From the NCBI RefSeq assembly GCF_044704955.1, contig NC_091999.1, positions 8,866,001-8,930,000 of the forward strand: a DNA stretch of 64,000 nucleotides. The letters are read 5' to 3'. The stretch comes from Pristiophorus japonicus. Taxonomy: Eukaryota. The translations under genes were made by a program, and so were the position numbers. Below, in pieces: positions 51,363 through 62,575 of this stretch (positions within the stretch are counted from its first letter, which is position 1; each line of letters opens with the position of its first letter). The notes under the pieces are model-generated. The model saw nothing but the letters and a program-made list of their open reading frames with translations. It was not told the origin of the DNA and made no database searches.

Positions 51363-51490
51363 CATTCTATCGTTCTTTTTTTTGTTCTTTCTCTCTCCCA
51401 TTTCATTCTGTCTGTCTTTCTTTCTCTATCTTCCATTCTTTCCTCTCTCTCTTTCATCCTCTCCTTCTCTCTCTTTTGTTCTCTCTTCTT

Positions 51491-51826
51491 TCAGTCACTG
51501 AAAGCAGGCGGTGAAGGCAGCAAATGGTATGTTGGCCTTCATAGCGAGAGGATTTGAGTATAGGAGCAGGGAGGTCTTACTGCAGTTGTACAGGGCCTTG
51601 GTGAGGCCTCACCTGGAATATTGTGTTCAGTTTTGGTCTCCTAATCTGAGGAAGGACGTTCTTGCTATTGAGGGAGTGCAGCGAAGGTTCACCAGACTGA
51701 TTCCCGGGATGGCAGGACTGACATATGAGGAGAGACTGGATCGACTAGGCTTATATTCACTGGAATTTACAAGGATGAGAGGAGATCTCATAGAAACATA
51801 TAAAATTCTGACGGGACTGGACAGGT
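51491..51826 (+). mobile_element. CR1 ORF2 fragment
   Basis: ORF 51511-51954 N-terminal part: ANGMLAFIARGFEYRSREVLLQLY... Confidence 0.9.
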
Positions 51827-52179
51827 TACATAAGAACATAAGAATTAGGAACAGGAGTAGGCCATCGAGCCCCTCGAGCCTGCTCCGCCATTCAACAAGA
51901 TCATGGCTGATCTGGCCGTGGACTCAGCTCCACTTACCCGTCCTCTCCCCGTAACCCTTAATTCCCTTATTGATTAAAAATCTATCTATCTGTGACTTGA
52001 ATACATTCAATGAGCTAGCCTCAACTGCTTCCTTGGGCAGAGAATTCCACAGATTCACAACCCTCTGGGAGAAGAAATTCCTTCTCAACTGGGTTTTAAA
52101 TTGGCTCCTCCGTATTTTGAGGCTGTGCCCTCTAGTTCTAGTCTCCCCGACCAGTGGAAACAACCTCTCTGCCTCTATC
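51827..52179 (-). mobile_element. 3' part of a minus-strand CR1 interrupted by the 52180-55388 element
   Basis: EAERLFPLVGETRTRGH... continues directly from ...IMKGIDKI at ~55390. Confidence 0.9.
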
Positions 52180-55100
52180 AGGGAGGGATTCAAATTCTTG
52201 GGGCATTGGAACCGGTTCTGGGGGAGGTGGGACCAGTACAAACCGGATGGTCTGCACCTGGGCAGGTCCGGAACCAATGTCCTAGGGAGAGTGTTTGCTA
52301 GTGCTGTTGGGGAGGAGTTAAACTAATATGGCAGGGGGATGGGAACCAATGCAGGGAGACAGAGGGAGACAAAAATGAGGCAAAAGCAAAAGACAGAAAG
52401 GAGATGAGGAAAAGTGGAGGGCAGAGAAACCCAAGGCAAAGAACAAAAAGGGCCACTGTACAGCAAAATTCTAAAATGACAAAGGGTGTTAAAAAAGCAA
52501 GCCTGAAGGCTTTGTGTCTTAATGCAAGGAGTATCCGCAATAAGGTGGATGAATTAACTGTGCAAATAGATGTTAACAAATATGATGTGATTGGGATTAC
52601 GGAGACGTGGCTCCAGGATGATCAGGGCTGGGAACTCAACATCCAGGGGTATTCAACATTCAGGAAGGATAGAATAAAAGGAAAAGGAGGTGGGGTAGCA
52701 TTGCTGGTTAAAGAGGAGATTAATTTAATAGTTAGGAAAGACATTAGCTTGGATGATGTGGAATCTATATGGGTAGAGCTGCAGAACACTAAAGGGCAAA
52801 AATCGTTAGTGGGAGTTGTGTACAGACCTCCAAACAGTAGTAGTGATGTTGGGGAGGGCATCAAACAGGAAATTAGGAGTGCATGCAATAAAGGTGCAGC
52901 AGTTATAATGGGTGACTTTAATATGCACATAGATTGGGCTAGCCAAACTGGAAGCAATACGGTGGAGGAGGATTTCCTGGAGTGCATAAGGGATGGTTTT
53001 CTAGACCAATATGTCGAGGAACCAACTAGGGGGGAGGCCATCTTAGACTGGGTGTTGTGTAATGAGAGAGGATTAATTAGCAATCTCATTGTGCGAGGCC
53101 CCTTGGGGAAGAGTGACCATAATATGGTGGAATTCTGCATTAGGATGGAGAATGAAACAGTTAATTCAGAGACCATGGTCCAGAACTTAAAGAAGGGTAA
53201 CTTTGAAGGTATGAGGCATGAATTGGCTAAGATAGATTGGCTAATGATACTTAAGGGGTTGACTGTGGATGGGCAATGGCAGACATTTAGAGACCGCATG
53301 GATGAATTACAACAATTGTACATTCCTGTCTGGCGTAAAAATAAAAAAGGGAAGGTGGCTCAACCGTGGCTATCTAGGGAAATCAGGGATAGTATTAAAG
53401 CCAAGGAAGTGGCATACAAATTGGCCAGAAATAGCAGCGAACCTGGGGACTGGGAGAAATTTAGAACTCAGCAGAGGAGGACAAAGGGTTTGATTAGGGC
53501 AGGGAAAATGGAGTACGAGAAGAAGCTTGCAGGGAACATTAAGGCGGATTGCAAAAGTTTCTATAGGTATGTAAAGAGAAAAAGGTTAGTAAAGACAAAC
53601 GTAGGTCCCCTGCAGTCAGAATCAGGGGAAGTCATAACGGGGAACAAAGAAATGGCAGACCAATTGAACAAGTACTTTGGTTCAGTATTCACTAAGGAGG
53701 ACACAAACAACCTTCCGGATATAAAAGGGGTCAGAGGGTCTAGTAAGGAGGAGGAACTGAGGGAAATCTTTATTAGTCGGGAAATTGTGTTGGGGAAATT
53801 GATGGGATTGAAGGCCGATAAATCCCCAGGGCCTGATGGACTGCATCCCAGAGTACTTAAGGAGGTGGCCTTGGAAATAGCGGATGCATTGACAGTCATT
53901 TTCCAACATTCCATTGACTCTGGATCAGTTCCTATGGAGTGGAGGGTAGCCAATGTAACCCCACTTTTTAAAAAAGGAGGGAGAGAGAAAGCAGGGAATT
54001 ATAGACCGGTCAGCCTAACCTCAGTAGTGGGTAAAATGATGGAATCAATTATTAAGGATGTCATAGCAGCGCATTTGGAAAATGGTGACATGATAGGTCC
54101 AAGTCAGCATGGATTTGTGAAAGGGAGATCATGCTTGACAAATCTTCTGGAATTTTTTGAGGATGTTTCCAATAAAGTGGACAAAGGAGAACCAGTTGAT
54201 GTGGTATATTTGGACTTTCAGAAGGCTTTCGACAAGGTCCCACACAAGAGATTAATGTGCAAAGTTAAAGCACATGTGATTGGGGGTAGTGTGCTGACAT
54301 GGATTGAGAACTGGTTGTCAGACAAGAAGCAAAGAGTAGGAGTAAATGGGGACTTTTCAGAATGGCAGGCAGTGACTAGTGGGGTACCGCAGGGTTCTGT
54401 GCTGGGGCCCCAGCTGTTTACATTGTACATTAATGATTTAGACGAGGGGATTAAATGTAGTATCTCCAAATTTGCGGATGACACTAAGTTGGGTGGTAGT
54501 GTGAGCTGCGAGGAGGATGCTATGAGGCTGCAGAGTGACTTGGATAGGTTAGGTGAGTGGGCAAATGCATGGCAGATGAAGTATAATGTGGATAAATGTG
54601 AGGTTATCCACTTTGGTGGTAAAAACAGAGAGACAGACTATTATCTGAATGGTGACAGATTAGGAAAAGGGGAGGTGCAACGAGACCTGGGTGTCATGGT
54701 ACATCAGTCATTGAAGGTACAGCAGGCGGTTAAGAAAGCAAATAGCATGTTGGCCTTCATAGCGAGGGGATTTGAGTACAGGGGCAGGGAGGTGTTGCTA
54801 CAGTTGTACAGGGCCTTGGTGAGGCCACACCTGGAGTATTGTGTACAGTTTTGGTCTCCTAACTTGAGGAAGGACATTCTTGCTATTGAGGGAGTGCAGC
54901 CAAGGTTCACCAGACTGAATCCCGGGATGGTGGGACTGACCTATCAAGAAAGACTGGATCAACTGGGCTTGTATTCACTGGAGTTCAGAAGAGTGAGAGG
55001 GGACCTCATAGAAACGTTTAAAATTCTGACGGGTTTGGACAGGTTGGATGCAGGAAGAATGTTCCCAATGTTGGGGAAGTCCAGAACCAGGGGTCACAGT

Positions 55101-55388
55101 CTAAGGATAAGGGGTAAGCCATTTAGGACCGAGATAAGGAGAAACTTCTTCACCCAGAGAGTGGTGAACCTGTGGAATTCTCTACCACAGAAAGTAGTTG
55201 AGGCCAATTCACTAAATATATTCAAAAGGGAGTTAGATGAAGTCCTTACTACTCGGGGATCAAGGGGTATGGCGAGAAAGCAGGAATGGGGTACTGAAGT
55301 TTCATGTTCAGCCATGAACTATTGAATGGCGGTGCAGGCTAGAAGGGCTGAATGGCCTGCTCCTGCACCTATTTTCTATGTTTCTATC
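52180..55388 (+). mobile_element. Young, nearly complete CR1 LINE: end of ORF1 (SGNH-esterase-like), ORF2 and 3' tail
   Basis: ORF1 tail REGFKFLGHWNRFWGRWDQYKPDGLHLGRSGTNVL...* (DxxH motif) ends at 52326. 973-aa ORF2. TCTATC on both flanks. Confidence 0.96.
52404..55325 (+). CDS. CR1 ORF2: apurinic-like endonuclease + reverse transcriptase (probably slightly damaged)
   Basis: APE motifs LNARS, GITETW, GVYRPP-like, GDFN, SDHN; RT motifs YLDFQKAFDKV, GVPQGSVLGP, KFADDTK. Lacks 4 codons (VGMQ) relative to the 37-kb copy and has a frameshifted last ~20 aa. Confidence 0.92.
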   Translation: MRKSGGQRNPRQRTKRATVQQNSKMTKGVKKASLKALCLNARSIRNKVDELTVQIDVNKYDVIGITETWLQDDQGWELNIQGYSTFRKDRIKGKGGGVALLVKEEINLIVRKDISLDDVESIWVELQNTKGQKSLVGVVYRPPNSSSDVGEGIKQEIRSACNKGAAVIMGDFNMHIDWASQTGSNTVEEDFLECIRDGFLDQYVEEPTRGEAILDWVLCNERGLISNLIVRGPLGKSDHNMVEFCIRMENETVNSETMVQNLKKGNFEGMRHELAKIDWLMILKGLTVDGQWQTFRDRMDELQQLYIPVWRKNKKGKVAQPWLSREIRDSIKAKEVAYKLARNSSEPGDWEKFRTQQRRTKGLIRAGKMEYEKKLAGNIKADCKSFYRYVKRKRLVKTNVGPLQSESGEVITGNKEMADQLNKYFGSVFTKEDTNNLPDIKGVRGSSKEEELREIFISREIVLGKLMGLKADKSPGPDGLHPRVLKEVALEIADALTVIFQHSIDSGSVPMEWRVANVTPLFKKGGREKAGNYRPVSLTSVVGKMMESIIKDVIAAHLENGDMIGPSQHGFVKGRSCLTNLLEFFEDVSNKVDKGEPVDVVYLDFQKAFDKVPHKRLMCKVKAHVIGGSVLTWIENWLSDKKQRVGVNGDFSEWQAVTSGVPQGSVLGPQLFTLYINDLDEGIKCSISKFADDTKLGGSVSCEEDAMRLQSDLDRLGEWANAWQMKYNVDKCEVIHFGGKNRETDYYLNGDRLGKGEVQRDLGVMVHQSLKVQQAVKKANSMLAFIARGFEYRGREVLLQLYRALVRPHLEYCVQFWSPNLRKDILAIEGVQPRFTRLNPGMVGLTYQERLDQLGLYSLEFRRVRGDLIETFKILTGLDRLDAGRMFPMLGKSRTRGHSLRIRGKPFRTEIRRNFFTQRVVNLWNSLPQKVVEANSLNIFKRELDEVLTTRGSRGMARKQEWGTEVSCSAMNY

Positions 55389-56190
55389 TTGTCTATCCCT
55401 TTCATTATTTTAAATGTTTCTTTAAGATCACCCCTCATCCTTCTGAACTCCAACGAGTAAAGACCCAGTCTACTCAATCTATCATCATAAGGTAACCCCC
55501 TCATCTCCGGAATCAGCTTAGTGAATCGTCTCTGTACCCCCTCCAAGGCTAGTATATCCTTCCTTAAGTAAGGTGACCAAAACTGCATGCAGTACTCCAG
55601 GTGCGGCCTCACCAATACCCTGTACAGTTGCAGCAGGACCTCCCTGCTTTTGTACTCCATCCCTCTCGCAATGAAGGCCAACATCCCATTCGCCTTCCTG
55701 ATTACCTGCTGCACCTGCAAACTAACCTTTTTGGGATTCATGCACAAGGGCCCCCAGGTCCCTCTGCACCTCAGCATGTTGTAATTTCTCCCCATTCAAA
55801 TAATATTCCCTTTTACTGATTTTTTTCCCTAAGGTGGATGACCTCACACTTTCCGACATTGTATTCCATCTGCCAAACCTTAGCCCATTCGCTTAACCTA
55901 TCCAAATCTCTTTGCAGCCTCTCTGTGTCCTCTACACAACCCGCTTTCCCACTAATCTTTGTGTCATCTGCAAATTTTGTTACACTACACTCTGTCCCCT
56001 CTTCCAGGTCATCTATGTATATTGTAAACAGTTGTGGTCCCAGCACCGATCCCTGTGGCACACCACTAACCACCGATTTCCAACCCGAAAAGGACCCATT
56101 TATCCCGACTCTCTGCTTTCTGTTCGCCAGCCAATTCTCTATCCATGCTAATACATTTCCTCTGACTCCGCGTACCTCTATCTTCTGCAG
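55389..56190 (-). mobile_element. 5' part of the interrupted minus-strand CR1 (RT)
   Basis: ORFs 55813-56259 (GVPQGSVLGP, KFADDTK) and 55376-55795. Confidence 0.92.
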
Positions 56191-56530
56191 TAAGAATGTT
56201 CCCGATGTTGGGGAAGTCCAGAACCAGGGGTCACAGTCTAAGGATAAGGGGTAAGCCATTTAGGACCGAGATGAGGAGAAACTTCTTCACTCAGAGCGTT
56301 GTGAACCTGTGGAATTCCCTGCCGCAGAGAGTTGTTGAGGCCAGTTCATTGGATATATTCAAGAGGGAGTTAGATGTGGCCCTAACGGCTAAAGGGATCA
56401 AGGGGTATGGAGAGAAAGCAGGAAAGGGGTACTGAGGGAATGATCAGCCATGATCTTACTGAATGGTGGTGCAGGCTCGAAGGGCCGAATGGTCTACTCC
56501 TGCACATATTTTCTATGTTTCTATGTTTCT
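56191..56530 (+). mobile_element. CR1 3' fragment
   Basis: ORF 56196-56435 plus a TTCTATGTTTCTATG tail. Confidence 0.92.
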
Positions 56531-56599
56531 GTCTTTCATAGAAAAGTCAGAGACAAATTACGATACAGAGGGAGGCTATTTGATCCATTGTGTTCATGC

Positions 56600-56802
56600 C
56601 TTGCTTTCTTTCGTTCATTTTTTCTCGCTCTTTCATTCCCTCTTTCTCTCTTTTGTTCTCTCTTTCTGTCTTTCATTTTTTTCTATCTCTCTTTCATTCT
56701 CTTTTGTTCTCTCTTCTTTCTTTCCGTCTGTCTTTCATTTCTCTCTCTCTCTCTCTCTATCTCTCCCTTTTGTTCATTCTTTCGATCACCGTCTCTTTCT
56801 TT
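56600..56802. repeat. CT-rich low-complexity tract with (TC)n
   Basis: Nearly pure pyrimidine on the + strand. Confidence 0.85.
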
Positions 56803-57049
56803 GAACAGAGCCAAGGCAATGCCTGACATTGGGTGCAATGCCTTATCTCAAGCTCGGGCTCAGAGCCTCTGTCGAATAACCGACGCATGGTCGTTTGGGA
56901 GCTGAGCAGCTTCAGTGTTACGGGGCGAGCATTGGCGGGAGTTCATCTTTGCGAGGAGATCGGGGAGTTGGGTCTTTGACGTGGCATCAAATGGGGTGGG
57001 CGCTAATCGAAAAGGGAGGTTGGCGATCAGAAATAGGTGGCGGTCAGCG

Positions 57050-57190
57050 AGCTCCGGTAAACAACGGATGGTGTTTCCGATCTCTCATTGGCAGCCAGAC
57101 AACTGCTACTTTCAGTTCCCCGTGGCGGTATTTGTAGTCTTCACAGGAAGCACCTGGCCGTTGGGTTGGGTCTTTATAGCCAACACCTGG
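57050..57190. promoter_or_regulatory. Candidate enhancer-like motif cluster (forkhead, Ets-IRF composite, Ets, two E-boxes)
   Basis: GTAAACA 57057-57063; GGAACTGAAA (minus) 57110-57119; CAGGAAG 57144-57150; CACCTG 57151-57156 and 57184-57189, all in CpG-containing non-repeat DNA. Motif matches only. Confidence 0.35.
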
Positions 57191-57318
57191 GCCACACGCT
57201 ACACTGGACAGGGTGATGCAAGACTGGGGTGTTGAGCGACCGAGGGGAATAACAACGCAATGGTGGGTGGGTGAACGGCTCCAGCCCCAAAATCCAGGGC
57301 AGACACTGCCCCGATTGA

Positions 57319-60071
57319 CAGTACTGAGGGAGCGGCACACTGTCGGAGGGGCAGTACTGAGGGAGCGCCGCACTGTCGGAGGGGCAGTACTGAGGGAGCG
57401 GCGCACTGTCGGAGGGGCAGTACTGAGGGAGCGGCGCACTGTCGGAGGGGCAGTACTGAGGGAGCGCCACACTGCACTGTCGGAGGGGCAGTACTGAGGG
57501 AGCGCCGCACTGTCGGAGGGGCAGTACTGAGGGAGCGCCGCACTGTCGGAGGGGCAGTACTGAGGGAGCGCCGCACTGTCGGAGGGGCAGTACTGAGGGA
57601 GCGCCGCACTGCACTGTCGGAGGGGCAGTACTGAGGGAGTGCCGCACTGTCCGAGGGGCAGTACTGAGGGAGCGCCGCACTGTCTGAGGGGCAGTACTGA
57701 GGGAGTGCCGCACTGTCCGAGGGGCAGTACTGAGGGAGCGCCGCACTGTCTGAGGGGCAGTACTGAGGGAGCGCCGCACTGTCCGAGGGTCAGTACTGAG
57801 GGAGCGCCGCACTGTCGGAGGGGCAGTACTGAGGGAGTGCCGCACTGCACTGTCGGAGGGGCGGTACTGAGGGAGTGCCGCACTGTCGGAGGGGCGGTAC
57901 TGAGGGAGCACCGCACTGTCGGAGGGGCAGTGCTGAGGGAGTGCCACACTGTCGGAGGGGCAGTACTGAGGGAGCGCCGCACTGTCGGAGGGGCAGTACT
58001 GAGGGAGCGCCGCACTGTCGGAGGGGCAGTGCTGAGGGAGCGCCGCACTGTCGGAGAGGCAGTACTGAGGGAGCGCCGTACTGTCGGAGGGGCAGGACTG
58101 AGGGAACGCCGCACTGCACTGTCGGAGGGGCGGTACTGAGGGAGCGCCGCACTGTCGGAGGGGCAGTACTGAGGGAGTGCCGAGCTGTCGGAGGGGCAGT
58201 ACTGAGGGAGCCCCGCACTGTTGGAGGGGCAGTACTGAGGGAGCACCGCACTGTCAGAGGGGCAGTACTGAGGGAGCGCCGCACTGTCAGAGGGGCAGTA
58301 CTGAGGGAGCGCCGCACTGTCGGAGGGGCAGTACTGAGGGAGCGCCGCACTGTCGGAGGGGCAGTACTGAGGGAGCGCCGCACTGTCGGAGGGGCAGTAC
58401 TGAGGGAGCGGCGCACTGTCGGAGGGGCAGTACTGAGGGAGCGCCGCACTGTCGGAGGGGCAGTACTGAGGGAGCGCCGCACTGTCGGAGGGGCAGTACT
58501 GAGGGAGCGCCGCACTGTCGGAGGGGCAGTACTGAGGGAGCGCCGCACTGTCGGAGGGGCAGTACTGAGGGAGCGCCGCACTGTCGGAGGGGCAGTACTG
58601 AGGGAGCGCCGCACTGTCGGAGGGGCAGTACTGAGGGAGCGCAGCACTGTCGGAGGGGCAGTACTGAGGGAGCGCCGCACTGTCGGAGGGGCAGTACTGA
58701 GGGAGCGCCGCACTGTCGGAGGGGCAGTACTGAGGGAGCCCCGCACTGTCGGAGGGGCAGTACTGAGGGAGCTCCGCACTGTCGGAGGGGCAGTACTGAG
58801 GGAGCGCCGCACTGCACTGTCGGAGGGGCGGTACTGAGGGAGTGCCGCACTGTCGGAGGGGCAGTACTGAGGGAGCGCCGCACTGCACTGTCGGAGGGGC
58901 AGTACTGAGGGAGCGGCGCACTGTCGGAGGGGCGGTACTGAGGGAGCGCCGCACTGTCGGAGGGGCAGTACTGAGGGAGCGCCGCACTGCACTGTCGGAG
59001 GGGCAGTACTGAGGGAGTGCCGCACTGTCCGAGGGGCAGTACTGAGGGAGCGCCGCACTGTCTGAGGGGCAGTACTGAGGGAGTGCCGCACTGTCCGAGG
59101 GGCAGTACTGAGGGAGCGCCGCACTGTCTGAGGGGCAGTACTGAGGGAGCGCCGCACTGTCCGAGGGTCAGTACTGAGGGAGCGCCGCACTGTCGGAGGG
59201 ACAGTACTGAGGGAGTGCCGCACTGCACTGTCGGAGGGGCGGTACTGAGGGAGTGCCGCACTGTCGGAGGGGCGGTACTGAGGGAGCACCGCACTGTCGG
59301 AGGGGCAGTGCTGAGGGAGTGCCACACTGTCGGAGGGGCGGTACTGAGGGAGCACCGCACTGTCGGAGGGGCAGTGCTGAGGGAGCGCCGCACTGTCGGA
59401 GGGGCAGTACTGAGGGAGCGCCGCACTGTCGGAGGGGCAGTGCTGAGGGAGCGCCGCACTGTCGGAGAGGCGGTACTGAGGGAGCGCCGCACTGTCGGAG
59501 GGGCAGTACTGAGGGAATGCCGAGCTGTCGGAGGGGCAGTACTGAGGGAGCCCCGCACTGTTGGAGGGGCAGTACTGAGGGAGCACCGCACTGTCAGAGG
59601 GACAGTACTGAGGGAGCGCCGCACTGTCGGAGGGGCAGTACTGAGGGAGCGGCGCACTGTCGGAGGGTCAGTACTGAGGGAGCGCCGCACTGTCGGAGGG
59701 GCAGTACTGAGGGAGCACCGCACTGTCAGAGGGGCAGTACTGAGGGAGTGCCACACTGTCGGAGGGGCAGTACTGAGGGAGTGCCGCACTGTCGGAGAGG
59801 CAGTGCTGAGGGAACGTTGCACTGTCGGAGGGGCAGTACTGAGGGAGTGCCGCACTGTCGGAGGGGCAGTACTGAGGGAGCACCGCACTGTTGGAGGGGC
59901 AGTACTGAGGGAGCGCCGCACTGTCGGAGGGGCAGTGCTGAGGGAACGTTGCACTGTCGGAGGGGCAGTGCTGAGGGAACGTTGCACTGTCGGAGGGGCA
60001 GTACTGAGGGAGTGCCGCACTGTCGGAGGGGCAGTGCTGAGGGAACGCTGTGCTGCCGGAGGGGCAGTACT
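57319..60071. repeat. 33-bp satellite (CAGTACTGAGGGAGCGCCGCACTGTCGGAGGGG), ~83 copies, SINE-derived
   Basis: Reverse complement of the 45524-45937 unit; occasional +5 (CTGCA) variants; a block is repeated at a 1378-bp offset. Confidence 0.97.
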
Positions 60072-60243
60072 TAAGAACATAAGAACATAAGAACATAAAA
60101 AATAGGAGCAGGAGTAGACCATACGGCCCCTCGAGCCTGCTCCGCCATTTAATACAATCATGGCTGATCCGATCATGGACACAGGTCCAGTTCCCCGCCC
60201 GCTCCCCATAACCCTATATTCCCTTATCGGTTAAGAAGCTGTC
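60072..60243 (-). mobile_element. CR1 3' tail fragment
   Basis: (AAGAACAT)n followed by the reverse complement of the CR1 3' UTR. Confidence 0.88.
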
Positions 60244-60456
60244 TGTTGTGTGTGGAGAAAGAGTCAGACTGAACACCGAGCTCAAAGTAAAGTGTGACCG
60301 TAGTCTTTTATTGCAGGTCTCCAGAGTGCCTCTCCAACCTGTGAGGCCTCCTTAAATACCTGTGCTCCCAAGGGATTATGGGATCCCTTGGGACTCCAGG
60401 GGATGAGCCCTCTGGTGGCTGTGCAGAGTAAATACAAGTCCACATATATAACAACA
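60244..60456 (-). repeat. Gypsy 3' LTR, 213 bp
   Basis: TGTTGT...ACAACA termini; PPT GGGGGGGGAG at 60457-60466; TATA-like TATTTAA ~60352-60358 and AATAAA 60307-60312 on the minus strand. Confidence 0.88.
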
Positions 60457-60588
60457 CTCCCCCCCCGCTAAAGTCAACAGTGTAACTATTTACAATGTGA
60501 GTCGATCTGGGGCCCTCCTTGCCCTGGTTGATCGTCTCGGTGTGAAAGCTGGTGTTGTTGGATCATTTGTTGGGCCCTCGCTGGGCTG

Positions 60589-62572
60589 CTATGCAGCTGG
60601 CCTTGCTGGGCTGCCTGGTGTGTTGGGTCCTGCTGGGCTGCTGGGCTTGCTGGGCTGCCTGGTGTGTTGGGCCCTCGCTGGGCTGCTGGGCTTGCTGGGC
60701 TGCCTGGTGTGTTGGGTCCTGCAGGGCTGCTGTGCTGCTGGCCTTGCTGGGCTGCCTGGTGTGTTGGGCCCTCGCTGGGCTGCTGTGCAGCTGGCCTTGC
60801 TGGGCTGCCTGGTGTGTTGGGCCCTTGCTGGGCTGCTGTGCAGCTGGCCTTGCTGGGCTGCCTGGTGTGTTGGGCCCTTACTGGGCTGCTGGGCTGCTGG
60901 CCTTGCTGGGCTGCCTGGTGTGTTGGGCCCTGCTGGGCTGCTGTGGATGATGGGTTCTGCTTCGTGGTCAACCGTGGTGCCGGTTGCCACTGGTGTGTGT
61001 GTTGGGGGATCAAAATAGGTAGGGCCCAAGGTGGGTTGCTCAGGGTAGTCCGTGAATCTGAGTTTGATTTGGTCCAAGTGTTTCCGGTGAATGAGTCCAT
61101 TTGAAAGTTTGACCCGAAACACCCTGCTCCCCTCTTTGGCCACGACAGTGCCGGGAAGCCACTTGGGACCTTGTCCATAATTTAATACAAATACAGGATC
61201 ATTGACTTCAATCTCGCGTGACACATTTGCGCTATCATGGTATGCACTTTGTTGAAGCCGCCTGCTCTCTACCTGTTCATGTAGATCAGGGTGAACTAAC
61301 GAGAGCCTGGTCTTAAGTGCTCTTTTCATGAGCAGTTCAGCAGGTGGGATCCCAGTGAGTGAGTGGGGTCTCGTGCGGTAGCTAAGCAGGACTCGGGATA
61401 GGTGAGTCTGCAGTGAGCCTTCAGTTACCCTCTTCAAGCCTTGCTTGATGGTTTGCACTGCTCGCTCTGCCTGGCCATTGGACGCTGGTTTAAACGGGGC
61501 AGATGTGACATGTTTGATCCCGTTACGGGTCACGAATTCTTTGAACTCAGCGCTGGTGAAACATGGCCCGTTGTCGCTCACCAAGACATCGGGTAAGCCG
61601 TGTGTGGCAAACATGGCCCGCAGGCTTTCAGTAGTGGCAGCGGACGTGCTAGCCGACATTATCTCACATTCAATCCACTTGGAGAACGCGTCTACAACCA
61701 CAAGGAACATTTTACCCAAGAACGGGCCTGCATAGTTGACGTGTACCCTAGTCCACGGTTTGGAGGGCCAAGACCATAAACTTAGCGGCGCCTCCCTGGG
61801 TACATTGCTTAACTGTGAACATGTATTACATCTGTGAACGCAGGACTCTAAGTCCGCATCGATACCGGGCCACCACACGTGGAATCTGGCTATCGCTTTC
61901 ATCATTACGATGCCTGGGTGGGTACTGTGGAGGTCATTGATGAAGGTGTCTCTGCCCTTCTTGGGGACCACTACTCGATTGCCCCACAGAAGGCAGTCTG
62001 CCTGTATAGATATTTCATCTTTGCGCCGCTGGAACGGCTTTATCTCTTCCTGTATTTCCACTGGGACACTGGACCAGCTCCCGTGAAGCACACAGCTTTT
62101 GACTAGAGATAATAAGGGGGTCCTGGCTTGTCCAGGTTTTGATCTGCCGGGCAGTGACGGGTGATTTCTCACTCTCAAATGCTTCCATAACCATGGCTAG
62201 ATCTGCGGGCTGCGCCATTTCCACCCCCGTGATGGTCAATGGCAGCCTACTGAGAGCATCGGCGCAGTTTTCTGTGCCTGGCCTGTGGCGGATGGCGTAG
62301 TTGTATGCGGACAACGTGAGCGCCCATCTCTGGATGCAGGCCGATGCGTTGGTATTTATCCCTTTACTCTCGGAAAACAGGGCTATAAGTGGCTTATGGT
62401 CAGTTTCCAATTCGAATTCTAGCCCAAACAGGTATTGATGCATTTTCTTTACCCCATAGACACACGCTAACGCTTCTTTCTCAATCATGCTGCAGGCTCT
62501 CTCAGCCTTAGACAGACTCCTGGATGCATAAGCAACCGATTGCAGTTTCCCAGAAGCATTAGCTTGTTGCAA
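60589..62572 (-). pseudogene. Gypsy pol remnant (RNase H + integrase), frameshifted, first catalytic Asp changed to Asn
   Basis: ORFs 62015-62572 and 60589-62178 are in different frames; RVHVNYAGP occurs where Gypsy integrases have xHxD(Y/F)AGP. Confidence 0.88.
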
Positions 62573-62575
62573 TAC

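Larger units (their letters stand above)
60244..62575 (-). mobile_element. 5'-truncated Ty3/Gypsy LTR retrotransposon (RNase H - integrase - PPT - 3' LTR)
   Basis: RNase H motifs AYASRSL, EKEALA, TDHKPL, ADALSRLP; integrase HHCC (LHSTHPG..CVHRCNTC), VSDNGP, AERAVQT; RNase H-then-integrase order; polypurine tract next to the LTR. Confidence 0.95.

Noticed and set aside
56450-56905. Hydrophobic Phe/Leu/Ser-rich ORFs resembling membrane proteins (also 51234-51557)
   Set aside because: Translations of CT-rich low-complexity DNA and TE tails.
57044-60209. Long ORFs on both strands (YCPSDSAALPQ / HCRRGSTEGAP / STAPPTVRRSL repeats)
   Set aside because: Translations of the 33-bp satellite; frames switch at +5-nt variants.
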